From assembly GCA_046045415.1 (NCBI GenBank), contig JBJOLT010000018.1, positions 15,986-79,985 of the forward strand: 64,000 bases of DNA. The letters are read 5' to 3'. Under the pieces are notes generated by a model that had not been told where the DNA came from, searched no databases, and was given only the letters and a program-made list of their open reading frames with translations. The translations under genes were made by a program, and so were the position numbers. Origin of the DNA: Chloroflexota bacterium. GTDB lineage: Bacteria; Chloroflexota; Limnocylindria; Limnocylindrales; CSP1-4. Positions within the stretch are counted from its first letter, which is position 1, and the number at the start of each line of letters is the position of its first letter. Below, one piece after another: positions 9,274 to 16,760 of this stretch.

Positions 9274-10065
9274 TCAGGAGCCGAGCCGGCCGCTCGCGCG
9301 GTCGTTGCGGATGAGGACGCGGAGACCGGCGATCGCCGCGTCGATGACGCGCTCGACGTCGCCGAGCGCCTGCTCCTCGGGGGTCGGCGGCAGGTGGTCG
9401 AGGTTCTGGAAGAGGAGCATCACGCCACCCGCGCGGACGCGGAGCGTCGACGCGACGATGAAGAGCGCCGATGCCTCCATCTCCGAGGCGACCGCGCCGC
9501 CGGCCATCCACGCCTTCCACCGCTCGGCGAGCGCGTCGGCGACCGGCATCCGCTCCGGCTCGTGCTGGCCGTAGAACGAGTCCTTCGACTGCGCGACCCC
9601 CACGTGGACGCCGTAGCCCGTCGAGCGCGCGCCCTCCCGGAGGGCGAGCGTCACGTCGAGGTCCGCGACCGCGGGGAACTCGATCGGGAGGTAGTGGCGG
9701 CTCGTCCCCTCGTCGCGGATCCCGCCGGTCACGACCGCGATGTCGCCCGTCCGGATCCCCCGCTGGAGGGCGCCCGCGGTCCCGACGCGGATGAACGTGT
9801 CGACGCCGATCGCGGCCAGCTCCTCGACGGCGATCGCGGTCGACGGGCAGCCGATCCCGGTCGAGGTGCAGGAGACCGGGACGCCGTCGAGGCTCCCGGT
9901 CCACGTCACGTACTCGCGCTTCTCGGCGACGAAGCGCGGGTTCTCGAAGCGCCGCGCGATCCGCTCGACCCGGCCGGGGTCGCCCGGCAGGAGGACGTAT
10001 CGCCCGACGTCGCCCGGCCGGAGCGCGATGTGGTGCTGGCTGCCGTCGGGCTCGGTGAGGGACAT
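9274..10065 (-). CDS. udp: Uridine phosphorylase-like nucleoside phosphorylase, tandem paralogue
   Basis: 263 aa with the same motif set (LPGDPGRVERIA, STGIGCPSTAIAVEEL, GVAQSKDSFYG, SEMEASA). 13-nt gap to the downstream paralogue. Confidence 0.8.
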   Translation of the reverse strand: MSLTEPDGSQHHIALRPGDVGRYVLLPGDPGRVERIARRFENPRFVAEKREYVTWTGSLDGVPVSCTSTGIGCPSTAIAVEELAAIGVDTFIRVGTAGALQRGIRTGDIAVVTGGIRDEGTSRHYLPIEFPAVADLDVTLALREGARSTGYGVHVGVAQSKDSFYGQHEPERMPVADALAERWKAWMAGGAVASEMEASALFIVASTLRVRAGGVMLLFQNLDHLPPTPEEQALGDVERVIDAAIAGLRVLIRNDRASGRLGS

Positions 10066-10081
10066 CGCGGGTCGCCCTTTC

Positions 10082-10975
10082 TCAGACCGAGGCCATCGCC
10101 CGGATCGCGACGACGAAGACCCCGACGAAGACGACGAAGCCGACGAGGAAGATCGCGATCGCGACCTGCTCCGGGAAGACGAGGAAGGCGGAGGGATCGC
10201 GCCCCCAGTTGAAGATGCCGTAGACGAAGAGCGTCGTCATCGTCACGACCCCGATGATCCCGACGGCGACGTCGAGCGGGCCGCTCGGGACCCGCCGATA
10301 GGAGGTCTTCTGGCCGACCGACCCGAAGGCGCGCGCCTCGAGGCTGATCGCGAGCTGCTGGACGCGCTCGACGGCCCCGGCGGCGACCGGGACGAACGAC
10401 GGGATGATCGCGCCGAAGCCGGTCCCCTTCATCCCCCGCGAGCGCTGCGCCGCGATGACGAGCCCGACCTCGCGCTGGAGGACGGGGATGAGCTGGAGCG
10501 TCATCGCGATCATGAAGTTCGCGAGGTACGGGACCTTCATCCGGTGGAGCGATGCGAAGAGGTCCGACGGGTGGGTCGTCAGGAGGAGGGCGAAGCCGAT
10601 CACCTGGAAGGCGGTGACGCGGAGCAGGAGCGAGATCGCGTGCGAGAGCCCCTCGTTGTAGATGTTCAGCGGCCCGAGCTGGACCGGCGGGGTGCAGACG
10701 CCGCCGCAGATCGCCGGCGCGACACCCTGGATGACGATGATCGAGGCGTTCACCGGGATGAAGACGAGCATGATCCTCGCGAGCGGCTTCGCGATCCGCG
10801 CGCTCACGGCGACGACGATCCCGAAGAGGAGCGACATGAGGAGCGGGAGCGCCTCGTACGTCGTGAAGCAGAAGAAGGCGAACGGGATGACCCAGGCGAA
10901 CTTCGCGACCGGGTCGAGGCGATGGAGCCAGGACGACCCGCGGACGTGGGTGATCGAAAGCGTGCCGGTGTTCAT
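10082..10975 (-). CDS. ecfT: ECF transporter transmembrane (T) component, EcfT/CbiQ family
   Basis: 297-aa multi-TM protein with the conserved CbiQ-family A-R-G motif region (QRSRGMKGTGFGAI). ATG at 10975 overlaps the upstream ATPase stop (ATGA). Confidence 0.85.
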   Translation of the reverse strand: MNTGTLSITHVRGSSWLHRLDPVAKFAWVIPFAFFCFTTYEALPLLMSLLFGIVVAVSARIAKPLARIMLVFIPVNASIIVIQGVAPAICGGVCTPPVQLGPLNIYNEGLSHAISLLLRVTAFQVIGFALLLTTHPSDLFASLHRMKVPYLANFMIAMTLQLIPVLQREVGLVIAAQRSRGMKGTGFGAIIPSFVPVAAGAVERVQQLAISLEARAFGSVGQKTSYRRVPSGPLDVAVGIIGVVTMTTLFVYGIFNWGRDPSAFLVFPEQVAIAIFLVGFVVFVGVFVVAIRAMASV

Positions 10976-11802
10976 CGGGCGCTCCCCTTCCCGAGCTCGT
11001 CCGCGAGCTCCGCGACGCTGAGGGCCGCCGGCTTCCCCTTCCGGGAGGCGAGGCGGATCGAGATCTGGGTGACCTGCGGCGGGGTGAGGTGCGCGACCTT
11101 CATCACCTCGTCGTTCGCGAAGACCTCGCGGGCGGTCCCGTCGGCGAGGATCCCGGCATTCCACATGACGACGAGCCGGTCGGTGACGTCCGCGAGGAGC
11201 GGCATGTCGTGCGCGACGCAGACGATCGTCGCCCCGCGGTCGCGGAGCTTGTGGATCAGCCGGTTGATGACGGTCGTCGTCTGGTGGTCCTGCCCCGTCG
11301 TCGGCTCGTCGAGGATGAAGACCTTCGGGTGCATCGTGTAGATCGAGGCGATCCCGACGAGCTTGCGGAGCGGGAAGCTGAGCCGGTAGGGGTGGTCGGT
11401 CCGGTACTGCTTCAGGTCGAAGAACTCGAAGGCCTCCTCGACGCGGGCCTCGATCTCCTCCTTCGGGAGCCGGAGGTTCGTCGGGCCGAAGGCGAGCTCC
11501 GCCTGGACCGTCGTCGCGAAGAGCTGGTGGTTCGGGTTCTGGAAGACGTAGCCGATGCTCGACGCGAGCTGCTGGACGCTCAGCTTCGTCGCATCCTTCC
11601 CGTCCACCGTCACGGACCCCGAGGAGGGGCGGAGGAGGCCGTTGAGGAGCTTCGTCAGCGTCGTCTTCCCCGAGCCGTTCGGCCCGGCGATCCCGAGGGA
11701 CTGGCCCTCCGGGATGTCGATGCTCACGCTGTCGAGCGCGACGACGTTCCCGCGCGGGTAGACGTAGCGCGCGTCCTTGACGCTGATGATCGGGGCGCTC
11801 AT
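10972..11802 (-). CDS. ecfA: ECF transporter ATP-binding protein
   Basis: Walker A GPNGSGKTT, signature/Walker B (ILDEPTTGQD), and an EcfA-type C-terminus. ATG at 11802 overlaps the upstream ATPase stop (ATGA). Confidence 0.85.
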   Translation of the reverse strand: MSAPIISVKDARYVYPRGNVVALDSVSIDIPEGQSLGIAGPNGSGKTTLTKLLNGLLRPSSGSVTVDGKDATKLSVQQLASSIGYVFQNPNHQLFATTVQAELAFGPTNLRLPKEEIEARVEEAFEFFDLKQYRTDHPYRLSFPLRKLVGIASIYTMHPKVFILDEPTTGQDHQTTTVINRLIHKLRDRGATIVCVAHDMPLLADVTDRLVVMWNAGILADGTAREVFANDEVMKVAHLTPPQVTQISIRLASRKGKPAALSVAELADELGKGSAR

Positions 11803-12644
11803 CGGCGGGCCTCCAGCCACGTCACGGCCTCGTCCGTCGTCACCGGGAGGTTATTCGACCCCGGTCCCGCGAGCCGGAGCGCCAGCTCGGTCGCCTGCGG
11901 CGAGCGGAGGCCGATCGCGGTGAGCTCGTCGCCGCGCGAGAAGACCTCGGTCGGAGTGCCGACCATGACGATCCGGCCCTCGTGCAGGACGACGATCCGG
12001 TTCGCGAAGGTCGCGAGGACCTCGCTCTCGTGCTCGGCGACGATGACGGTCATCCCCTCGTCGCGGTTCAGCTTCCGCGCGAGCTCGAAGACCTCCTCCT
12101 TCCCGGTCGGGTCGAGGTTCGAGGTCGGCTCGTCCATGAAGAGGATCCTCGGCGACATGACGAGGACGGACGCGATCGCGAGCCGCTGCTGCTGGCCGCC
12201 CGAGAGGCCCATCGGGGAGCGCTCCTCGAAGCCGGCGAGGCCGACCTGCGCGAGCGCGTCGCTCACCCGGGGGATCATCTCCTCGGTCGGGACGCCGAGG
12301 TTCTCGAGCCCGAGAGCGACCTCCTCGGCCGCGCTCACCTGGCTCATCTGGAACTCCGGGTTGTCGAAGACGATCCCGACCCGCTTCGCCATCTCCCGGA
12401 CGGGGGTCGTCGCCGCGTCGAGCCCCTCGACCGTGACCTTCCCCTCGTAGAAGCCCATCGTCGACTGGGGGACGATCCCGTTGAGGCAGAGCCCGAGGGT
12501 CGTCTTGCCGGCGCCGTTGAGACCCATGATCCCGATGTATTCGCCGCGCTCGATCTCGAGGTTCACGTCGGTCAGCGCGGCCCGGCCGCCGGTCGCGTAC
12601 GTGAAGGTCAGCCCCTCGATCGAGATGACACGCTCACCAGGCAC
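11799..12644 (-). CDS. ecfA: ECF transporter ATP-binding protein (second ATPase)
   Basis: Walker A GLNGAGKTT, LSGGQQQRLAIA signature, Walker B LFMDEPTSNLD. GTG start at 12644 with GGAG 6 nt upstream. Confidence 0.85.
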   Translation of the reverse strand: MPGERVISIEGLTFTYATGGRAALTDVNLEIERGEYIGIMGLNGAGKTTLGLCLNGIVPQSTMGFYEGKVTVEGLDAATTPVREMAKRVGIVFDNPEFQMSQVSAAEEVALGLENLGVPTEEMIPRVSDALAQVGLAGFEERSPMGLSGGQQQRLAIASVLVMSPRILFMDEPTSNLDPTGKEEVFELARKLNRDEGMTVIVAEHESEVLATFANRIVVLHEGRIVMVGTPTEVFSRGDELTAIGLRSPQATELALRLAGPGSNNLPVTTDEAVTWLEARR

Positions 12645-12774
12645 GTGTGCTCCAACTCGTGACGCCTGCCGGGCGTCGGGGCCGTCCCCAGGGGGACGGG
12701 CCGAGAACGATACCGCCCGGCCGCGTCGTCCGACGCGACCGGGCGGTCGATTCGCTTGTCCGTGAAGCGAGCTG

Positions 12775-12993
12775 CTAGAGCTCCTTGAGCCGAAGGACCG
12801 CGATCCCCGCGAGGACCGTGAAGAGTCCGCCGAGGACGTTCATCGCCCAGAGGGTGATGTACGCGTTGTCGGGCTCGACGATGTTCACGATCGCGTTCGG
12901 GAGGAAGATCGTGAAGATCCCCATCGCGATGACGCCGACCGCGACCTGCTCCTTCGGACCGACGGTCGCGCCGCCGTTGCCGTTGCCTGCCAT
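12775..12993 (-). CDS. Small (72 aa) two-TM membrane protein of unknown function within the ECF operon
   Basis: ATG at 12993 preceded by GAGGAGAGG at 6 nt. Two hydrophobic helices. Lies 25 nt after the S-component stop and 130 nt before the ATPase. No family recognised. Confidence 0.45.
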   Translation of the reverse strand: MAGNGNGGATVGPKEQVAVGVIAMGIFTIFLPNAIVNIVEPDNAYITLWAMNVLGGLFTVLAGIAVLRLKEL

Positions 12994-13018
12994 TGGTGCC
13001 TCTCCTCAGTCTTCGGGA

Positions 13019-13714
13019 CTAGCTGCTGAGCGCCGGCGTGACGACGAAGACGCTGAGCAGGACGAGGATCACGCCGAGGACGACGCCCCCGACGATGAGC
13101 ATCAGGTTCTGCTGCCCCTCGGACTTCGGGAGCTCGATCCCGGCGGTGAGGCCGGGCGGGAGCGCGCGGAGGATCGCGAGGCCGACGAACGTGGCGATCA
13201 TCTTGTCCGCGATCGAGCCGGTGATGCCGGCGAGGAGCGAGGACGCGATGAGGCTGTTCCCCGCGGCGGCGAAGGCCGCGACGAGGGCGTCGGACGAGTG
13301 GCCGGTGGCGCCGCCGAAGACGAAGACGACGATCGGCGAGGCCATCAGCTGCACGAGGATCCCGCAGATGATGCCGAGGATGACGAGACGGGTCGCCGAG
13401 CGGCCCATCCCGAAGCTCCGGATGCCGTAGCCCCAGACGAGGGCGCCGACGACGTTGCAGAGCGCGAACGGGATCATCGTCGGGCTGATGACGAACGACG
13501 CCGCGGTGTTCGTGATGATGCCCGTGAGGGCGCCCCACCACGGGCCGAGGGCGACGGAGGCCACCATCGTCCCGATCATGTCGAGGAAGATCGGCAGCTT
13601 GAGCGTGCTGTTGATCCACCCGCCGACGATGTTCAGCGCGCCCATCGCGGGCACGAGAACCGCTACGTAGGCGACGGGTACCCGCGCCGCCTTCCCCATA
13701 CTGGCCGCCGTCAT
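13019..13714 (-). CDS. ECF transporter substrate-specific (S) component, specificity unknown
   Basis: 231-aa, 6-7 TM protein as the first gene of a dedicated S-A-A'-T module. ATG at 13714 with GGAGGAGGA about 8 nt upstream. Trimmed from ORF 13019..14077. Cannot be assigned to a named S-component family by eye. Confidence 0.6.
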   Translation of the reverse strand: MTAASMGKAARVPVAYVAVLVPAMGALNIVGGWINSTLKLPIFLDMIGTMVASVALGPWWGALTGIITNTAASFVISPTMIPFALCNVVGALVWGYGIRSFGMGRSATRLVILGIICGILVQLMASPIVVFVFGGATGHSSDALVAAFAAAGNSLIASSLLAGITGSIADKMIATFVGLAILRALPPGLTAGIELPKSEGQQNLMLIVGGVVLGVILVLLSVFVVTPALSS

Positions 13715-14069
13715 GGCTCTGGCTTCCTCCTCCACGACGGGTTCCGAGCCCCCGGTGGGCTCGTCTGCCCGTCCCCGGCGCCGACAGTGGCGCCATTCCA
13801 TTCCCGGGAGCGCGTCCGGCGGGTTCCCTCGACCCGTCGGGCCCTGGACAGGTCCGGGCCTCGCTCCCAGCGACACTCGCGTGCCGATGCGGGGAAGATA
13901 GCCCCGCGCGTCAAGTCCCCGGGACGGACGGTCGGCGATCCGCCCTCGCGGCGGTCCTGCCGGGGGCGCGGACCGGCGCCGGCCCCGACGGTACGGGGCG
14001 GACCGGTACCTTCGTGGGAGGTCGGACCCCTTGGTCCGCCACGGTGGGCTCTGGTAGATTCCCGGTCGC
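13715..14069 (-). promoter_or_regulatory. 355-nt GC-rich structured 5' leader / promoter region of the ECF-udp-P450 operon (riboswitch candidate, class unresolved)
   Basis: Long untranslated leader with several perfect hairpins (ggcgcc-actgtc-ggcgcc; gagccc-accgg-gggctc immediately upstream of the RBS). It has short blocks resembling TPP (GCUGGGA...GGACCUGUCC...CGAGGGAA) and cobalamin (GGGAA...CGCCACUGU) riboswitch cores, but neither consensus is complete. Confidence 0.3.
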
Positions 14070-14144
14070 GCCGACATAGCTCAGCGGTAGAGCAGCTGTT
14101 TCGTAAACAGCAGGTCCTCGGTTCAAATCCGAGTGTCGGCTCCA
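14070..14144 (+). tRNA. tRNA-Thr(CGT): tRNA-Thr (anticodon CGT)
   Basis: Cloverleaf: acceptor gccgaca/tgtcggc, D-arm gctc-agcggta-gagc, anticodon loop ttCGTaa, T-arm ctcgg-ttcaaat-ccgag, encoded CCA. TAGATT -10-like hexamer 11 nt upstream. Confidence 0.9.
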
Positions 14145-15976
14145 TCCGACCGATCAACGGACCCCGGCCCAGTGCCGGGGTTCGTCGTTCCCGCCGACCG
14201 CCCGCGGACGACGAGCCGGCGGAAACCCGTCGGGATCTCGACCCCGTCGACGAGGTGCCGATCGGCGACGAGCGCGTCGCGCCCCGCGCCCGGATCGAGC
14301 TCCAGGCCGGCGGGGGCCGCCTCGAGGAGTGCGTCGAGCATGGCGCGTCCCTCGAGGCGCGCGAGCGTCGCGCCGAGGCAGGCGTGGGCCCCGATGCCGA
14401 ACGCGAGATGGCCGCGCGGGTTCGGCCGGTCGAGGCGGATCTCCGCCGGCGCCGGGAACGCCGTCGCGTCGTGGTTCGCGGAGGGGAAGTCGAGCGCGAC
14501 ATGCGGCGCGATCGCCACGGGACGCCCGTCCGGTCCGCGGTCGATCCGTTCCATGACGAGGTCGGAGGTGAGGCGGAGGACCTCCTCGACGAAGCGGTCG
14601 CGCGCGTCGATCATCCCCTCCGAGGTGCCGCGGTCGCCCGTCGCGACGAGGAGCGGGACGAGGTCGGGCCGGGCGACGAGGCCCCAGCCGAGCCCTGCGA
14701 CGAGCCCGACGACCGTGTCCCGCCCGGCGGCGAGGAGGAGGCTGAGGATCCCGGTGAGCGTCTCCCGGTCGAGCGGCGCGCCGCCGACGGGCGTTGCCGC
14801 GAGCGCGCCGAGGACGCGCCCGGCATCGCCTCGCGCGCCCCGGTCGAGGAGCTCGTCGAGGAACGCGTGGAACGGGACTCCGTCCCGGCGCCCCTCGTGG
14901 TCCCCCCAGACCGAGAGGCCGAACGAGCGGAGGCGCGGCGCGTCGGCCTCGAGGTCGAGGACCCGGGCGATCGAGCCGACGACGAACGGGAGCGCGACCC
15001 CCTCGACGAGCTCGACCGAGTCGCCGGCCGCGAGCGGGCGGAGGAGCGTCGCGGCGTCGGCGCGGATCGCCTCGCGGTGCGGTTCGAGCGCGCCGCGCGA
15101 GAGGAACGGGACGAGCGCGCCGCGGAGCCCCGTGTGCTCGGGCGGATCGGACTCGAGCGGGAGCTGGCGGTACGTGCGGACGTCCTCGTCGCCGCGGTGG
15201 GCGGACGACCAGCGGCCCCAGTCGCGGCCCGCCGCCTTCACCGCGTCGTGACCCGCGACGCGCGGCAGGGCACGGACGCGGGCGGGTCCCACCGGCGCAT
15301 CGAGGCTGCCGGTGTAGCCCGCCCTGATCTCCCCGAAGCGGACTCGCCAGGGTCGTCCGCCGCGCCGGACCCGGCGGACGTGCTCCAGGACCTCCTCGCG
15401 CATCGCCCGCCAGTAGAGCGCCGCGACGAGCGCCGCCACGAGCGCCGCGAGGGCGTCGCCGCGAAGGGCGAGCGCCGGGACGAGCAGGAGCGTCCAGCTG
15501 TCGTACGTGACGAGCCGGTCCGCGACGACGAGCCCGACGAGCGCGGCCACGAGCAGGGCCGCCGCGAGTGCGAGCGGATCGACCACGAGGAAGGTCCCGA
15601 GGATCGGCGAGACGCCGTAGCCGCCCCGGAGGCCGTGCCAGATCGGGAAGACATGCCCGACGACCGCCGCGCCTCCCGCGAGGACCCCGGCCCCCGACCC
15701 GGGGAGGAGCGACTCGAAGGCGAGCGTCGGCAGCGCCGCCTTCGCGACGTCGAGGAGTGCGACGACGACCCCCCACCGCGTCCCGAGGAGGAGCCGGGCG
15801 TTCGTCGCCGACGCCCCGCCCGAGGGGACCGCCTCCCCGCCCGACCCGAACCGGATCGTCACCCTCCGCAGGTCGACGGCCGGGGCGACGAGCCGGCCGA
15901 CGACGACCGCGGCGGAGATCGATCCGGCGAGATAGCCGACGGCGAGCGCGCCGCCGAGGAGCAGGGGGTCGCTCAT
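14123..15976 (-). CDS. PlsY-like (DUF205/G3P acyltransferase family) membrane domain fused to a cytochrome P450 domain
   Basis: Single 617-aa ORF from the internal ATG at 15976. The N-terminal ~200 aa carry degenerate PlsY motifs (SGGASATNA; LLDVAKAALP; GHVFPIWHGLRGGYGVS). The C-terminal ~390 aa carry the P450 ExxR/PxRW region and heme loop FGIGAHACLGATLARLE. No stop separates the two domains. The 3' end overlaps tRNA-Thr by 22 nt on the opposite strand. Confidence 0.7.
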   Translation of the reverse strand: MSDPLLLGGALAVGYLAGSISAAVVVGRLVAPAVDLRRVTIRFGSGGEAVPSGGASATNARLLLGTRWGVVVALLDVAKAALPTLAFESLLPGSGAGVLAGGAAVVGHVFPIWHGLRGGYGVSPILGTFLVVDPLALAAALLVAALVGLVVADRLVTYDSWTLLLVPALALRGDALAALVAALVAALYWRAMREEVLEHVRRVRRGGRPWRVRFGEIRAGYTGSLDAPVGPARVRALPRVAGHDAVKAAGRDWGRWSSAHRGDEDVRTYRQLPLESDPPEHTGLRGALVPFLSRGALEPHREAIRADAATLLRPLAAGDSVELVEGVALPFVVGSIARVLDLEADAPRLRSFGLSVWGDHEGRRDGVPFHAFLDELLDRGARGDAGRVLGALAATPVGGAPLDRETLTGILSLLLAAGRDTVVGLVAGLGWGLVARPDLVPLLVATGDRGTSEGMIDARDRFVEEVLRLTSDLVMERIDRGPDGRPVAIAPHVALDFPSANHDATAFPAPAEIRLDRPNPRGHLAFGIGAHACLGATLARLEGRAMLDALLEAAPAGLELDPGAGRDALVADRHLVDGVEIPTGFRRLVVRGRSAGTTNPGTGPGSVDRSDGADTRI

Positions 15977-16692
15977 CCTCGACCCGCGTCGCCCGCGCTC
16001 GGGTCCTCGGCGGGCGGGCGGCCGCCCATGACGAAGGTGATCTCCGCGATCCGGCCGCGCCGGTCCTTCCGTGTCGCCCGCCGATGGGCGAGGTGGCGAC
16101 GGAGCTTCGGCAGCTCGGCCCACCAGAAGACGACGTTCGCGACGACCGCCATCGCGAGGAGCGCGGGCTCACCCCGCCAGAGCGCCCACGGGATGAGGAG
16201 GAGCGGCCAGACGTCGAACGCGACGAAGGCATCGGCGACGACGAGGCCGAGGCCGAGCCCGGCGCTCGGGAGCGCGACCGTGGCGAGGGGATCGAGGACG
16301 ACGAGCCCGCCGAGGAGCGGCGAGACGCCGTAGCCGCCCCGGAAGCGGTGCCAGATCGGGAGGACGTGACCGACGACCGCGCCCGTCGCGCAGGCGGCCG
16401 CGGCGATCCCGGTCGGGTCGGCGAGCCGGAAGGCGAGCGTCGGGACGAGCGCCTTCGCGATCTCGAGCGCCGCGGTGGCGCACCCGGCGCGAGGACCGGC
16501 ACGCTCGCGGATCGCCGACGGGCCGACCCGTTCGAGGGTCATCGTCGCCCCGGCGTCGTCGACGAGATAGGTCGTCGTCTCGACGTCGCGACCCGGGAGG
16601 AACCGTCGCGCGACGAGCCGGGCGAAGGAGACCGACCCGGCGAGGTAGCCGACGAGGGCGGCGGCGACGAGGAGCGGCGCCGGGACGTCCAC
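15973..16692 (-). CDS. PlsY-like (DUF205) membrane protein, divergent paralogue
   Basis: About 239 aa with LEIAKALVPTLAF and GHVLPIWHRFRGGYGVSPLLG motifs. Motif 1 is degenerate (DDAGATMT). Its stop overlaps the ATG of the PlsY-P450 fusion (ATGA). GTG start at 16692 is uncertain; the remainder of tracked ORF 15973..17169 is Arg-rich junk. Confidence 0.6.
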   Translation of the reverse strand: MDVPAPLLVAAALVGYLAGSVSFARLVARRFLPGRDVETTTYLVDDAGATMTLERVGPSAIRERAGPRAGCATAALEIAKALVPTLAFRLADPTGIAAAACATGAVVGHVLPIWHRFRGGYGVSPLLGGLVVLDPLATVALPSAGLGLGLVVADAFVAFDVWPLLLIPWALWRGEPALLAMAVVANVVFWWAELPKLRRHLAHRRATRKDRRGRIAEITFVMGGRPPAEDPSAGDAGRG

Positions 16693-16760
16693 GTCCCCAT
16701 CGTGGCGGTCGGACCGCGTCGGGCGCAAGCCCTCCCACCCGACCGGGTAGCATCGCGTCG

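Noticed and set aside
13880-13910. Sigma-70-like promoter TTGACG ... TATCTT in the leader (minus strand)
   Set aside because: Spacer between the hexamers is ~8 nt, incompatible with a -35/-10 pair.
13715-14069. Calling the ECF leader a TPP or cobalamin riboswitch
   Set aside because: Only fragments of each consensus are present: for TPP, no P3 hairpin and no UAAUGCC block; for cobalamin, ~8 nt instead of ~25 nt between GGGAA and CGCCACUGU, and no B12 box. Kept only as an unresolved structured leader.
12785-16333. 1182-aa plus-strand ORF and 782-aa minus-strand ORF (14154..16502)
   Set aside because: Extreme Arg/Asp/Glu/Pro/Gly low-complexity composition. They are antisense or alternative frames of the ECF S-component, PlsY-like and P450 genes, which have real motifs.
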